64,000 bases of DNA from Capsulimonadaceae bacterium (GCA_965215505.1 OZ244065.1:896001-960000); one strand, 5' to 3'. Positions 46,995 to 58,240 are shown, counted from the stretch's first letter. Notes: a model not told the origin generated them from the letters alone. A program made the numbers and translations.

Positions 46995-47176
46995 CCCCCA
47001 CCCGGCTCGTTCCTCGCCACCCTGCCCTTGACCCCGCTGCGGAGGCTCTGCGACCAGGGGCCGCAAGCGGGAGAGGGTTCAGAAAGCCGATAGGCGCAAC
47101 GGGTGCCTTCTCCCTGATTCCTCACCCCTCTCCCGCTTGCGGGGGCAGGGGTCGGCGTCCGCGCCGGGGGTGGGGG
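46995..47176. repeat. inverted pair of CCCTCTCCCGCAAGCGGGAGAGGG-type palindromic repeats
   Basis: 17-bp IR 47061-47077/47126-47142 and outer CCCCCACCC/GGGTGGGGG. Confidence 0.6.
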
Positions 47177-47186
47177 TTCCTCTCCC

Positions 47187-47792
47187 CTACCCCCACGTCT
47201 TCGGCAGGTGCAGGGTCTCGCCGTTGAGCGAGATGTAGTCTTCCGGCCCGACGCTCGCCAGCAGGTCGGCGGCCAGCGGGTCGAAGCCGCCGCCCTCGGT
47301 GACGAATTCGTCGCGCAGGGTGACGCCGACGATCTGGGCGGCCACGAACTCGCATTTGCTGGGCGGCAGCGGCATGATGCCCGAGACGCGGCATTCGATA
47401 CTGGCCGGGCTTTCGCCGATTCGCATGCAGTCCACGGTCCCGGCGGGCAGAGCCGTCAGCCCCAGCCGCGCGAAGTCATCTTCCTTATCGGTCCCCTCGG
47501 CGGATTTGTTCATAATGTCCGCCAGGAACCGGGGGACGAGGTTGATGACGAACACCTGCGTCGCCTTGATGTTGGCGAGTGTATGCTTGTCTCCCCCGTC
47601 CCGCTGGCTGAACGACAGCCCCAGCATGGGAGGGTAGCTCGCCAGCCCGGCGTAGGAGTTGTACGGCGCGATGTTCGGCACGCCCTGCGTGTCAACTGTG
47701 GAGATGAGGGCGATGGGCCGCGGGGCGATGAGCGTAGCCCAAATCTTCCCGTTCAGTTCGCGCGGGATGTCTTCGGCGATGTAGTGCATCAA
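47187..47792 (-). CDS. flavin reductase family protein
   Basis: APRPIALIST, NIAPY, KHTLANI, ESPASIEC. Confidence 0.87.
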   Translation of the reverse strand: MMHYIAEDIPRELNGKIWATLIAPRPIALISTVDTQGVPNIAPYNSYAGLASYPPMLGLSFSQRDGGDKHTLANIKATQVFVINLVPRFLADIMNKSAEGTDKEDDFARLGLTALPAGTVDCMRIGESPASIECRVSGIMPLPPSKCEFVAAQIVGVTLRDEFVTEGGGFDPLAADLLASVGPEDYISLNGETLHLPKTWG

Positions 47793-47813
47793 GTCCTGCT
47801 TCTAATCGTTGCG

Positions 47814-48071
47814 TCAGAGTTCATAGGTTCGCGAGGTCTTCCACTCAGAGGGGTTCGGGGGTGAGTCATCGAACTCAATAGTCACCGACTCATCGGGCTT
47901 GTTCTTGACAAGCTTGACGGGCCTGCCGGCCTTATCATAGACCCCGAACACTTCCGTCTGTCCGTCACTGTATAACAGATCAAAGGCATCTTCAGCATCC
48001 TGCAAGCACTCCAAAGTCATCGCGGTACTTCTGTTAAGAGGGATGTGACAAGGGAATTCCGGTTGCATCAC
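47814..48071 (-). CDS. hypothetical small protein
   Basis: fills the operon gap, overlaps the hom stop, AT-richer. Confidence 0.45.
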   Translation of the reverse strand: MMQPEFPCHIPLNRSTAMTLECLQDAEDAFDLLYSDGQTEVFGVYDKAGRPVKLVKNKPDESVTIEFDDSPPNPSEWKTSRTYEL

Positions 48072-49360
48072 TCCTCCACCCGTATCCAGTTCTCGATGGC
48101 GGAGACGATGTGCAGGCGGCGGATGACGTCCAGGGACGAGCGCAGGTTGGCCTCTAAGGTCTGGTGCGTGATCCAGACGATCTCGGCGTCGCCGCCGGGC
48201 AGGGCGCGCTGGACGACGCTCTCGATGCTGACGTTGAAGTCGCCGAAGACGGAGGCCAGGCTTGCCAGGACTTTTGGGCGGTCGTGGGCGATCAGGCGGA
48301 TGTAGTACTTGGTCCGTAGGCGCTCGATCGGCAGGGTGGGCTTCTGGTCGTAGCAGGTGCAGCCGATCCGGCCCGTCGCATTCCGGCGGATGTTGCGGGC
48401 GATCTCGACGATGTCGCCGACGACCGCGCTGCCCGTCGGCAGGGCGCCCGCGCCGCGCCCGTAGAACATGACGTCGCCGACGGCGTTGCCGCGCAGGTAG
48501 ATGGCGTTGTTGACGTCGCTCACCGAGGCCAGAGGGTGGGCATGGGGCAGCAGGACGGGGTGGACACGCACTTGCAGGGCGTCCCCAAGATCCTGGCCGA
48601 TGCCGACGATCTTGATGACGTAGCCCAAATCACGGGCGACCTCGATGTCGCGCTTGCTGATCTTCGTGATGCCTTCCACATAGATCTGCTCAGGAAGGAC
48701 GCGCGACGTGAAGGCGATGGATGAGAGGATGGCGGTCTTGTACTGGGCGTCGTAGCCCTCGACATCGTTGGTCGGGTCGGCCTCGGCGTAGCCGTGCGCC
48801 TGGGCTTCGGCCAGCACGTCGGCGAAGTCGGCGTCTTCGGCGGTCATCTTGGACAGGATATAGTTGGTCGTGCCGTTGACGATGCCCATGACCTGTGAGA
48901 ACTGGTTGCCGGCCAAGGCCTGTTTGAGCGGCTGGATGATGGGGATGCCGCCGCCCACGCTGCCCTCGAAGTTGAAGTCGAGGTCTCGGCTTTCAGCCTC
49001 GTGCAGCAGGTCGTGGCCGGCCTTCGCCATCATCTCCTTGTTTGCGGTGACGATGTTTTTGCCGCTGCGGATCGCCCGCAGGACGAGGTCATGGGCAGGC
49101 ATGACGCCGCCGATCAGCTCGCAGACGATGTCTATCTCGGGGTCGTCGGTGACATCCTCAGCCCGGCTGGTCAGCAGGCTCGGGTCCACGACCACATCCC
49201 GCGCCTTGCCGACGTCACGGACGGCGATCTTCCTGATCACGATGGGCAGGCCGACCTTGCGGGCGATGGTGTCGGCGTTCTCGGTCAGGACGCGGACGGT
49301 GCCTCCGCCGACGACGCCCAGGCCGAGGATGCCGATGTTGATCTGCTTTCTATCGGTCAT
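48068..49360 (-). CDS. hom: homoserine dehydrogenase with ACT domain
   Basis: GLGVVG, VTANK, GGGIP, NGTTNYIL, GYAEADPT, GAG...PT. Confidence 0.96.
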   Translation of the reverse strand: MTDRKQINIGILGLGVVGGGTVRVLTENADTIARKVGLPIVIRKIAVRDVGKARDVVVDPSLLTSRAEDVTDDPEIDIVCELIGGVMPAHDLVLRAIRSGKNIVTANKEMMAKAGHDLLHEAESRDLDFNFEGSVGGGIPIIQPLKQALAGNQFSQVMGIVNGTTNYILSKMTAEDADFADVLAEAQAHGYAEADPTNDVEGYDAQYKTAILSSIAFTSRVLPEQIYVEGITKISKRDIEVARDLGYVIKIVGIGQDLGDALQVRVHPVLLPHAHPLASVSDVNNAIYLRGNAVGDVMFYGRGAGALPTGSAVVGDIVEIARNIRRNATGRIGCTCYDQKPTLPIERLRTKYYIRLIAHDRPKVLASLASVFGDFNVSIESVVQRALPGGDAEIVWITHQTLEANLRSSLDVIRRLHIVSAIENWIRVEE

Positions 49361-49884
49361 TGCGGCTCCACGAAGATCAAAGGCTGGCCCTGCTGGACCA
49401 GCTTGCCGCTCTCGACGGGGGTTTCGGTGACACGACCCGACACTTCGGATGGCACCTCGCTGTAGACCTTCATCGCCTCGATCAGCCCGATGGGCTGGCC
49501 GACGCGGACGAAGTCGCCGACGCTGACGAACGGCGGGTCTTCGGGCGAGGGCGAGCGATAGAAGACGCCGACCATCGGCGACTCGAGGGCCACCGCCGTC
49601 GCCGCGCGGGCGGGCGGGGCGGCGGGCGCGATGACGGCGGTTTCCGAGTAGGCGGGCGTCTGGGCTGGCGATAGAACATGGGGGTGCGCCTGCACCGCCG
49701 TCACGACCTGCGGGGCGAGCGGGGCGGCCTCAAACGCCGCTTTGACCGTCAGGGTCAAGTCCCCCTCGGCCACGGTCAGCTCGGACAGCCCGTTTTCGGC
49801 CACGAGTCGCGCCAAGTGCCGCAGCGCCTCGGCCGTGTCCACTTCTGAACTTCCCATCTCTTGAATGTCGGTTTCCTGGGTCAC
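49357..49884 (-). CDS. accB: biotin carboxyl carrier protein
   Basis: SPMVGVFYR and EAMK biotinylation motif; Ala/Pro linker. Confidence 0.9.
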   Translation of the reverse strand: MTQETDIQEMGSSEVDTAEALRHLARLVAENGLSELTVAEGDLTLTVKAAFEAAPLAPQVVTAVQAHPHVLSPAQTPAYSETAVIAPAAPPARAATAVALESPMVGVFYRSPSPEDPPFVSVGDFVRVGQPIGLIEAMKVYSEVPSEVSGRVTETPVESGKLVQQGQPLIFVEPQ

Positions 49885-49972
49885 ACGAAGCTCCTATGCC
49901 ATTGTAGCACTTTGGGAGGGGGGGAAGTCAACCGGCAGGAATCCGGCGGCCCCGCGCCGAACAACAAAGACC

Positions 49973-51040
49973 ATGAGCCTTGAAGACCTGAGACAGAAGA
50001 TAGACGCCGTGGACGCCCAGCTCGTCACCCTGCTCAACGAGCGCGCCGCCATCTCGCTGCAAGTGGGCGAGCAGAAGGTGGCGGACAAGAGCGCGCGCTA
50101 CTTCGCGCCCGAGCGGGAGCGGGACCAGTTCCTGCGCCTGGCCGCGCTGCACGGCGGGGGCGCGCTGCCCAAGGAGGCCTTGTTCGCGATCTTCCGGGAG
50201 ATCATCTCGGCCTCCATCGCCCTCCAGAAGCCCATGACGGTCGCCTTCTGGGGACCGCAGGGGACATTCACCGAGATGGCGGCCTTGCAGCGGTTCGGAT
50301 CGTCCGCGCTCTACCACGACTGCCGCTCCATCCCCGAGGTCTTCGGCGAGGTGGAGCGGGACCGGGCCGACTACGGCGTCGTGCCGGTCGAGAACTCCAC
50401 CGACGGCGTCGTGACCTACACCCTGGACATGTTCCACGAAACGACCCTGAAGGTCTGTGCCGAGATCTTCGTCGGCATCGTCCAGAACCTCCTCACCCAT
50501 GCTAAGTCTCTGGACCAGATCCAAAGGCTCTATTCCGCCCCCATCGTCATTGCCCAGTGCCGCCGCTGGCTGGACACCCACCTGCCCCATGTCGAGACGA
50601 TCGAGGTCCAGCCGACCTCCAAGGCCGCCGAGCGCGCCGCCGCCGACCCGCAGGGCGCGGCCATCGCCCCGCGCCGGGCCGCCGAGGTCTATGCCATCCC
50701 CATGCTGCACGAAAGCATCCAGGACAGCCCGCACAACCGGACGCGCTTCCTGGTCATCGGCCGCAACGAGCCGCCGCCGACGGGCCGGGACAAGACCAGC
50801 GCCCTGTTCGCCGTCAAGAACGAGCCGGGGTCTTTGGGCCGCGCCCTGCGGGCTTTCGAGGCGCACAACGTCAACCTGACCATGATCGCCTCGCGCCCCG
50901 CCAAGAACGCCGCCTGGGAGTACGTCCAGTTCGCAGACTTCCAGGGGCACGAGAACGATGAGCCGGTCAAGCGCGCCCTGGAAGACCTGCGGCAGCAGTC
51001 CATCTATGTCAACGTGCTGGGGTCCTATCCGGAGGGATGA
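49973..51040 (+). CDS. pheA: chorismate mutase/prephenate dehydratase
   Basis: LRQKID, PVENSTDG, NRTRF, ACT domain; start trimmed to MSLED. Confidence 0.93.
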   Translation: MSLEDLRQKIDAVDAQLVTLLNERAAISLQVGEQKVADKSARYFAPERERDQFLRLAALHGGGALPKEALFAIFREIISASIALQKPMTVAFWGPQGTFTEMAALQRFGSSALYHDCRSIPEVFGEVERDRADYGVVPVENSTDGVVTYTLDMFHETTLKVCAEIFVGIVQNLLTHAKSLDQIQRLYSAPIVIAQCRRWLDTHLPHVETIEVQPTSKAAERAAADPQGAAIAPRRAAEVYAIPMLHESIQDSPHNRTRFLVIGRNEPPPTGRDKTSALFAVKNEPGSLGRALRAFEAHNVNLTMIASRPAKNAAWEYVQFADFQGHENDEPVKRALEDLRQQSIYVNVLGSYPEG

Positions 51041-51454
51041 ATGGCCGAGAGTTTGCTGGCTAAGAGCGTGCTGTCCGTTCTCGAACTGAACCACGTCGCT
51101 CTGCATGTACGCGACCTTGGTGCGTCTGTCCGCTTCTACGGTGAGGTCCTGGGCCTGCCCCCTTTGGCGCGTCCTGGGTTCGACTTCGGGGGGGCGTGGT
51201 TCTCGCTCGGCGCGCAAGAGCTGCATTTGGTTGAGGAGACGCAGGATCAAAGTCAAGGGCGGGCCTCCTTCCACATCGCATTCCTCGTGGAAGACGCGGC
51301 GGCCTGCGCCGAGGCGCTGCGCGGGCGCGGCGTGACCGACATGCTCGGCCCCGCCCTGCGCCCGGACGGCGCGACCCAAATATTTTTCAGCGACCCGGAC
51401 GGCTACCTGCTGGAGATGACTTCTAAGCCTCGGGGAATCGGCGGCACACCATGA
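51041..51454 (+). CDS. VOC/glyoxalase family protein
   Basis: LNHVAL, FYGEVLG, DPDGYLLE. Confidence 0.85.
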   Translation: MAESLLAKSVLSVLELNHVALHVRDLGASVRFYGEVLGLPPLARPGFDFGGAWFSLGAQELHLVEETQDQSQGRASFHIAFLVEDAAACAEALRGRGVTDMLGPALRPDGATQIFFSDPDGYLLEMTSKPRGIGGTP

Positions 51455-51912
51455 ACACGGTCAGCCTTATCGAGCGCGCGATGACGGACGCCGAGTTCGC
51501 CCGGATGAACGCGGGGTTCGATGAACACACGCGGGAGCAGGGCAACCCGCTTGAAACATCCGAAAGGCACGGCTTCGTCGCCCTGGACGGGGGCAAGTTC
51601 ATCGGCTGTTCGAGCGGGCTTGTCTACAAAATGGGCGAAGGTTACAACGGCTGGTTCTACTTGACTGACCTATTCGTTGAGAAGCCCTACCGGGGGCGGG
51701 GCCTCGGGAGAACACTACTGCAAAGGCTGGAAGACAAGGTGGCGGCGCTGGGCGTCACAAACTTCTGGACGTTCACGGCGGGCTACGAGGCACCGGGGTT
51801 TTACAAGAAACAGGGCTACACGGTCCTCTTCGAGCAGGCGAGTTGGTACACCTCCGGGCACAGCCGCGTTGCCCTCAGTAAGACGACGGCTAAAACTGGA
51901 GAACCGCGGTAG
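51451..51912 (+). CDS. GNAT family acetyltransferase
   Basis: VEKPYRGRGLG, APGFYKKQGY. Confidence 0.85.
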   Translation: MNTVSLIERAMTDAEFARMNAGFDEHTREQGNPLETSERHGFVALDGGKFIGCSSGLVYKMGEGYNGWFYLTDLFVEKPYRGRGLGRTLLQRLEDKVAALGVTNFWTFTAGYEAPGFYKKQGYTVLFEQASWYTSGHSRVALSKTTAKTGEPR

Positions 51913-51921
51913 GAGGAAACG

Positions 51922-52761
51922 ATGCGTCTTGGAGGCCCCGTTTTTGGAGACACATCCACGCCCCAGGCGTGGGTCGCGGCCCTGCGCGCGGCAGGCTACT
52001 CCGCCGCGACCTGCCCCCTGGACAGCGCGGCGGACGCGGCCACGATCCGCGCCTATGCGGACGCGGCGGCTGAGGCGGACATCGTGATCGCCGAGGTCGG
52101 CGCGTGGAGCAATCCCCTGTCGCCCGATGAGGCGGAGCGCGCGGCGGCACTCGCCCGCTGCAAGAAGCAGCTCGCGCTGGCCGATGCCATTGGGGCGCGG
52201 TGCTGCGTCAACATCGCCGGGTCGCGCGGGGCGCAGTGGGACGGCCCCCACCCCGACAACTTGACCGAGGCGACGTTTGACCTGATTGTCGGGACGGTGC
52301 AGGGGATCATTGACGCCGTCAAGCCCGACCGCGCCTGCTATGCGTTGGAAACGATGCCGTGGATGTACCCCGACTCACCCGACAGCTACCTGCGGATGCT
52401 GAAGGCGGTTGACCGACCACAACTCGCCGTGCATCTGGACCCGGTCAACATGATCTCCAGCCCGGAGCGGTTCTTCCGAAACGGCGATTTCCTGCGCGAG
52501 TGCTTTGCCAAGCTCGGGCCATACATCAAGACCTGCCACGGCAAGGACATCACGCTTGGCGGGCGTCTGACGGTGCATCTGGACGAGGTACGGCCCGGCC
52601 TGGGCGGGCTGGACTACCGCACGTTCCTGATGGAACTGGACAAGCTGCCCGCTGGCACGCCGCTCCTGCTCGAACACCTGCCGTCGGAGGAAGAATACGC
52701 GCAAGCCGCGCGCCACGTTCGGTCGGTGGCGGAAGAGCTAGGAGTTTCGCTTGATCGTTGA
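51922..52761 (+). CDS. sugar phosphate isomerase/epimerase (xylose isomerase-like TIM barrel)
   Basis: ALETMP, HLDPVN, CHGKD, LLEH metal ligands. Confidence 0.85.
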   Translation: MRLGGPVFGDTSTPQAWVAALRAAGYSAATCPLDSAADAATIRAYADAAAEADIVIAEVGAWSNPLSPDEAERAAALARCKKQLALADAIGARCCVNIAGSRGAQWDGPHPDNLTEATFDLIVGTVQGIIDAVKPDRACYALETMPWMYPDSPDSYLRMLKAVDRPQLAVHLDPVNMISSPERFFRNGDFLRECFAKLGPYIKTCHGKDITLGGRLTVHLDEVRPGLGGLDYRTFLMELDKLPAGTPLLLEHLPSEEEYAQAARHVRSVAEELGVSLDR

Positions 52762-52810
52762 AACAGCGGCGCACGGGAACCCGCATTCCGCCCCGCGCGT
52801 TTGAGACGGT

Positions 52811-53698
52811 ATGCGCTTTACAAAGATGCAGGGCGTCGGCAACGACTTCGTTGTCGTGGATGGGGGCGAGCTGCCGCCCCATATTTCGCTCCCTTCGCTG
52901 GCGGTCCAGACCTGTGACCGGAAGTTCGGTATCGGGGCCGACGGCCTGTTGGTCGTGTCGCGGGATGCGCCGGGCCTGGCCCTTCGGATGCGGATGTTCA
53001 ACCCGGACGGCTCCGAAGACATGTGTGGGAACGGGCTGCGCTGCGTCTCACTCTGGGCCTTGCGGGCGGGCTGGCTTGATGGGCGAACGGAGTTCACCGT
53101 CGCCGTCAAAGGGGGCACCCGCGCTGTTCGGCTGCTGGAACTGGCCGAAACCGGGCGCACGGCGACATTGGGCGTGGATATGGGTATCCCACGTTTCCCC
53201 GGATGGAAGCCAAGCCCAGACGCCGATCTTTATACGACGGGAATGCGCGTGATCGGCTACCCGCTGGTGATTGAGGGCGAGACTTATCACATCACCGTTG
53301 TCAACACGGGCAGTACGCACACCGTCATCTTCGGCGTCGTGCCGCCGGACGAGGCGACGTTTCAGCGCGTTTCGCCCCTCATCGAGAACCACCCCCTGTT
53401 CCCGGAGCGGACCAGCGTTCTGTGGGCCACCCCGCAAGGCGACAGCGCCATCACGGTCCGCATCTGGGAGCGCGGCGCGGGTGAGACGCTGGGCTGCGGC
53501 ACGGGGGCGTGCGCGGTCGGCGTCGCGGCGCAGCTCTACGAGACTGTGGGCATGGGCGCGGTGAACCGGGCGGTGGACGTTATTTCCAAAGGCGGAACCT
53601 TACGAATCACCTGGCCGGGCGAGGGTGCCCCCATGGACATGACCGGACCCGCACAGATCGTGTATGATGGAGACTTCGCCCTTGACCCCGCCGCCTGA
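52811..53698 (+). CDS. dapF: diaminopimelate epimerase
   Basis: GNDF, GIGADG, NPDGS..MCGNG, ERGAGETLGCGTG. Confidence 0.93.
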   Translation: MRFTKMQGVGNDFVVVDGGELPPHISLPSLAVQTCDRKFGIGADGLLVVSRDAPGLALRMRMFNPDGSEDMCGNGLRCVSLWALRAGWLDGRTEFTVAVKGGTRAVRLLELAETGRTATLGVDMGIPRFPGWKPSPDADLYTTGMRVIGYPLVIEGETYHITVVNTGSTHTVIFGVVPPDEATFQRVSPLIENHPLFPERTSVLWATPQGDSAITVRIWERGAGETLGCGTGACAVGVAAQLYETVGMGAVNRAVDVISKGGTLRITWPGEGAPMDMTGPAQIVYDGDFALDPAA

Positions 53699-54491
53699 AA
53701 CTTTCCCCCAACTCCGTTCCAAACCGACCTTCGACAAGCGTTTCGACCTGCGCTCCTTCGGCGAGCCGCTGAGGGCTTTGCGCGCCGTGCCCATCCGGGA
53801 CGCGGGCGAGCCGCTGGTAGACCTGCGCGAGTTCTGCCCCCACGTCATCCTGCGGCCCGGCTGCCTCCCTTTCCTGCGCGAAACCGTGGCGAACATGGTG
53901 AACGAGGTCCAGGCGCGGATGCCCGAGGGCCACACGCTGGCCGTCGGGACCGCCCTGCGGACCCTGGACATGCAGCGAGGCATCCGGGAGGGCTTTACCA
54001 AAGACATGACCGAGAAGCACCCGGACTGGTCCAAGGCGACGATGGCCCGGATGCTCAACCGTATGGTCGCCCCGCCCGACGATCCCTCCCCTCCCCCGCA
54101 CACGACGGGCGGTGCGCTAGACGTGGGGGTTCGCGGCCCGGACGGCGAGGGCCTGGACTTCACCTCGCCCATTGAAGGCTGGGATTCGGCACCGACCTAC
54201 TACCACAAGCTGTCCGAGCAGGCCCGCGCCAACCGCCTGATGCTGATCGGGGCGATGGAGGGCGTCGGCCTGACCAACTACGTCGGCGAGTGGTGGCACT
54301 GGAGCTACGGCGACCAGGGCTGGGCCTTGCGCGTCGGCAGCCCCGTGGCCTACTACGGTGCGGTGGAGGTGGAGGACGCCGAGAACCAGCGCATCCCCCA
54401 GCCGCCGAAAGAGGAAGAAGCCCTGGAAGAAGCAGAGGCGGCCCCGGACGAGGCCGAAGCCGCATCGGGAGTGGCGGCAGCCTCCCAATAG
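53667..54491 (+). CDS. D-Ala-D-Ala dipeptidase family (M15D, VanX-like)
   Basis: PPHTTGGALDV and EWWHWSYGD zinc motifs. Confidence 0.85.
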   Translation: METSPLTPPPETFPQLRSKPTFDKRFDLRSFGEPLRALRAVPIRDAGEPLVDLREFCPHVILRPGCLPFLRETVANMVNEVQARMPEGHTLAVGTALRTLDMQRGIREGFTKDMTEKHPDWSKATMARMLNRMVAPPDDPSPPPHTTGGALDVGVRGPDGEGLDFTSPIEGWDSAPTYYHKLSEQARANRLMLIGAMEGVGLTNYVGEWWHWSYGDQGWALRVGSPVAYYGAVEVEDAENQRIPQPPKEEEALEEAEAAPDEAEAASGVAAASQ

Positions 54492-54520
54492 CCGTGGGCG
54501 AACCCCATGGGTGGCATGGG

Positions 54521-55633
54521 CTACTGAAGCAATGCGGCGACCTCGCGGGCGATCTGGCGCTCCTCGTCCGTCGGGATCATCCAGGCCGAAACCGGGCCAT
54601 CAGCCACGCTGATCCGCGCCGCCTCGCCGCCCGTAGAAGCGGCGTTCAGGCCATCGTCAAGCGTCAGGCCCAGGAAGTCCAGACCCCGGCAGATGCGGGC
54701 GCGCATCCCCGCCCCGCGCTCGCCGATGCCGCCGGTGAAGGCGACGGCGTCCAGGCCGCCCAGGGCGGCGGCATACGCGCCCAAATATTTGCGGACGCGG
54801 TACGCGAAGATCTCCAATGCCATGTCGGCCAGTTTATCCCCCTCCCCAGCCGCCTGCTCCAAGTCGCGCACGTCACTCCGGCCAGCGAGTCCTTTAAGGC
54901 CGCTGCTGTGGTTCAGCAGGTCGTCAAGCTGCTCGGGCGTCATGCCCTGGGTCCGCAGCAGGTACAGCAGCAGGCCGGGGTCCACGTCGCCCGAGCGAGT
55001 CCCCATCACGAGGCCCTCCAGAGGCGTCAGGCCCATGCTGGTGTCCACGCTCGCCCCGTCCCGCAGGGCACACACGCTGGCCCCGCTGCCGAGGTGGCAG
55101 GTGACAAGCCTCGTCTCCGCCGCCTCGCGGCCCAGGCATTCCAGCAGCCGCCCGGAGACGTAGCGATGGGAAATGCCGTGGAAGCCATAGCGGCGCAGGC
55201 CCAGCCGGTCGGCGAGTTCGGCGGGCAGCGCGTACCGCCAGGCGACTTCGGGCAGGGTGCGGTGGAAGGCGGTGTCGAAGACAGCAACGCTGGGCGCGTT
55301 AGGCAGAAGGCGCAGCGCGGCTTCGATCAAGGCCACTTCGGTCGGGTTGTGCAGGGGGTCCAGCTCTTCCAGGACGTGAAGGCCCTGGATGACCTCCGGG
55401 GTGACTCGCGTCGGCTCGAAAAAGCGCGCGCCGCCCTGCACGACCCGGTGGCCGACGGCGTCGATGCCGAACGGTCGGCACTGCTCGATGGCCTTCCCAG
55501 CGGCGTCCGGCAGGGCGCTCGGGTCCAGGCGCTCGACGGAGCCTTCGGTCAAGTCGGTTTCAACGCCCGGCGTAATCTGGAACAGCCGGAACTTGAGGCT
55601 GGAGCTGCCGACGTTCAGGGCGAGTATGTTCAT
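54521..55633 (-). CDS. ackA: acetate/propionate kinase
   Basis: NVGSSSLK, GHRVV, PLHN, FDTAFH, YGFHG, HLGSGAS, FTGGIGE, TDEE. Confidence 0.95.
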   Translation of the reverse strand: MNILALNVGSSSLKFRLFQITPGVETDLTEGSVERLDPSALPDAAGKAIEQCRPFGIDAVGHRVVQGGARFFEPTRVTPEVIQGLHVLEELDPLHNPTEVALIEAALRLLPNAPSVAVFDTAFHRTLPEVAWRYALPAELADRLGLRRYGFHGISHRYVSGRLLECLGREAAETRLVTCHLGSGASVCALRDGASVDTSMGLTPLEGLVMGTRSGDVDPGLLLYLLRTQGMTPEQLDDLLNHSSGLKGLAGRSDVRDLEQAAGEGDKLADMALEIFAYRVRKYLGAYAAALGGLDAVAFTGGIGERGAGMRARICRGLDFLGLTLDDGLNAASTGGEAARISVADGPVSAWMIPTDEERQIAREVAALLQ

Positions 55634-55644
55634 GGCACCTTGCC

Positions 55645-58116
55645 TCAGTTGTCGTCCTCGGTCTTCGGCGCGTGGGTCGCCGCCGCCTCGTGCGTCCAGG
55701 TCCAGTCGCGCACCTCGGGCATGTCATCCCCGTGTTCGCGGACATACAGGTGGTGTTCAGTCAGCTTGTCCCGGAGCATCTGCTTGAGGTACGCGGCCCG
55801 GTATCCCAAAGACGGCACGCGGTCTATCACATCGGTGGCGAGGTGGAAGCGGTCCAGGTCGTTCAGGACCACCATGTCGAACGGCGTCGTCGTCGTGCCA
55901 TTTTCTTTATAGCCCCGGACGTGGAAGTTGTCGTGGTTGGTGCGCCGGTAGGTAAGCCGGTGGATGAGGTACGGGTAGCCGTGGTAGGCGAAGATGACCG
56001 GCTTGTCCGGCGTGAAGATGGAGTCGAAGTCCCCGTCGTTCAGCCCGTGCGGGTGTTCCGAATGCGGCAGCAGGGTCATCACGTCCACGACGTTGACCAC
56101 GCGGACCTTCAGGTCGGGCAGGTGCCGGCGCAGGATGTCCACGGCGGCTAATGTCTCCAGAGTCGGCACGTCCCCGGCGCAGGCCATGACGACGTCCGGC
56201 TCCTGGCCCTGGTCATTGCTCGCCCAGTCCCAGATGCCGACGCCCGCCGTGCAGTGCTTGACCGCCGCATCCATGTCCAGGAACTGGAGGGAGGGCTGCT
56301 TGCCGGCCACGATGACGTTGACATAGTCCCGCGACCGCAGGCAGTGGTCGGCGACGGACAGCAGGCAGTTGGCATCCGGCGGCAGGTAGACGCGGACGAT
56401 CTCCGGCTTCTTGTTCATGACGACGTCAATGAAGCCGGGATCCTGGTGCGAGAACCCGTTGTGGTCCTGCCGCCAGACGTGCGAGGTCAGCAGATAGTTG
56501 AGCGAGGCGATGGGCCGCCGCCAGGACAGCTTGTTGCTGGTTTCCAGCCACTTGGCGTGCTGGCCGAACATCGAGTCAATGATGTGGATGAACGCCTCGT
56601 AGCAGGAGAAGAACCCGTGCCGCCCGGTGAGAAGATACCCCTCCAGCCAGCCCTCGATGGTGTGTTCACTCAGCATCTCCATCACGCGCCCGCCCTGGGC
56701 CAGGTGGTCGTCATAGGGGAAAGTCTCGGCCTCCCAGGCGCGGCCCGTTACTTCCAGCACGGCGTTCAGCCGGTTAGAGTTGTTCTCGTCGGGGGCCAGC
56801 ACGCGGAAGTTCGCGTTGTCGCTGTTCTGCTGCATCACGTCCCGCAGGAAGACGCCCAATACCCGCGTCGCCTCGCCCATCGCGGTGCCCGGCTTTTCGA
56901 CGGAGACGGCATAGTCGCGGAAGTCGGGCAGGTGCAGGTCTTTCAGGAGCAGCCCGCCGTTCGCGTGCGGGTTCGCGCCCATCCGCCGCGTCCCCTCGGG
57001 CGCGAGGGCGGCCAGTTCGGGGAGCAGCCTGCCACCGGCATCGAACAGCTCTTCGGGCTTGTAGCTCCGCATCCACTCTTCCAACAAGGCCAGATGCTCG
57101 GGCGTATCCACCTTCTCGATGGGCACCTGATGCGAGCGCCAGAAGCCCTCCGTCTTCTTGCCGTCCACCTCCTTCGGCCCGGTCCAGCCCTTGGGCGAGC
57201 GCAGGACGATCATCGGCCAGGCGGGGCGGCTCAGGTCGCCGCCTTCCCTCGCGCTAGTCTGGATCGCCTTGATCTCGGCCAGCACGGTGTCCATGGTCTG
57301 CGCCATGCGCTGGTGCATCTTCTCGGGGTCATCGCCGACGACAAAATGCGGCTTGTAGCCGTAGCCGACCAGCAGGCTCTCTAACTCGCTCTGCGGGATG
57401 CGCGCCAAAATGGTGGGATTGGCGATCTTGTAGCCGTTCAGGTGCAGGATCGGCAGGACCGCGCCATCGCGCTTCGGGTCCAGAAACTTGTTGGAGTGCC
57501 AGCTCGTCGCCAGCGGCCCCGTCTCGGCCTCGCCGTCGCCGATGACGCAGCAGACGAGGAGGTCCGGGTTGTCAAACGCCGCGCCGTAGGCGTGGGACAG
57601 CGAATACCCAAGCTCGCCCCCCTCATGGATCGAGCCGGGCGTCTGCGGCGCGGCGTGGGAGGGGATGCCGCCGGGGAACGAGAACTGCTTGAACAGCCGC
57701 TTCATCCCCGCCTCGTCCTGGGAGATGTCCGAGTAGATCTCACTGTAGGTGCCTTCGAGGTAGGTATTGGCGACCATGCCCGGCCCGCCATGCCCCGGCC
57801 CGGCGACATAGATGACGTTCAGGTCGTCCCGCTTGATGACCCGGTTGAAGTGGGCGTAGACGAAGTTCAGGCCCGGCGTCGTCCCCCAGTGTCCCAGCAG
57901 GCGCGGCTTGACGTGCTCGTGCTTCAGCGGCTCCTTCAGCAGCGGGTTGTCCAGGAGATAGATCTGCCCGATGGACAGATAGTTGGCCGCGCTCCAGTAG
58001 GCGTTCGTCTTCCGCAATTCGTCCGCGCTGAGTGGCCCCGGCTGGAACTCGTGCGCCTCGGTGTCTTCCTCCCGGAAGTTGTGAGCGTCAGTGGGGGCGG
58101 GTGCGGTCATCGTCAT
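55645..58116 (-). CDS. xfp: xylulose-5-phosphate/fructose-6-phosphate phosphoketolase
   Basis: [44 protein letters not shown]. Confidence 0.96.
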   Translation of the reverse strand: MTMTAPAPTDAHNFREEDTEAHEFQPGPLSADELRKTNAYWSAANYLSIGQIYLLDNPLLKEPLKHEHVKPRLLGHWGTTPGLNFVYAHFNRVIKRDDLNVIYVAGPGHGGPGMVANTYLEGTYSEIYSDISQDEAGMKRLFKQFSFPGGIPSHAAPQTPGSIHEGGELGYSLSHAYGAAFDNPDLLVCCVIGDGEAETGPLATSWHSNKFLDPKRDGAVLPILHLNGYKIANPTILARIPQSELESLLVGYGYKPHFVVGDDPEKMHQRMAQTMDTVLAEIKAIQTSAREGGDLSRPAWPMIVLRSPKGWTGPKEVDGKKTEGFWRSHQVPIEKVDTPEHLALLEEWMRSYKPEELFDAGGRLLPELAALAPEGTRRMGANPHANGGLLLKDLHLPDFRDYAVSVEKPGTAMGEATRVLGVFLRDVMQQNSDNANFRVLAPDENNSNRLNAVLEVTGRAWEAETFPYDDHLAQGGRVMEMLSEHTIEGWLEGYLLTGRHGFFSCYEAFIHIIDSMFGQHAKWLETSNKLSWRRPIASLNYLLTSHVWRQDHNGFSHQDPGFIDVVMNKKPEIVRVYLPPDANCLLSVADHCLRSRDYVNVIVAGKQPSLQFLDMDAAVKHCTAGVGIWDWASNDQGQEPDVVMACAGDVPTLETLAAVDILRRHLPDLKVRVVNVVDVMTLLPHSEHPHGLNDGDFDSIFTPDKPVIFAYHGYPYLIHRLTYRRTNHDNFHVRGYKENGTTTTPFDMVVLNDLDRFHLATDVIDRVPSLGYRAAYLKQMLRDKLTEHHLYVREHGDDMPEVRDWTWTHEAAATHAPKTEDDN

Positions 58117-58240
58117 GGGTTTCTTCTCTTTCCCCGTCCAGTCGGGCGGGCAGGAACATACACAGATAGTACCCAGAGAGGGGCGGGACGAATGTTAAGG
58201 TTTTGTTAAGATTGCGGTGCCATGCTACGAGCGGTTCGGG

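Noticed and set aside
53667-54491. vancomycin resistance locus
   Set aside because: A lone VanX-like peptidase next to dapF, without vanH/vanA/vanRS; more likely cell-wall housekeeping.
54290-55912. 540-aa plus-strand ORF and similar long antisense ORFs
   Set aside because: Antisense to ackA/xfp with no motifs; expected in high-GC DNA.
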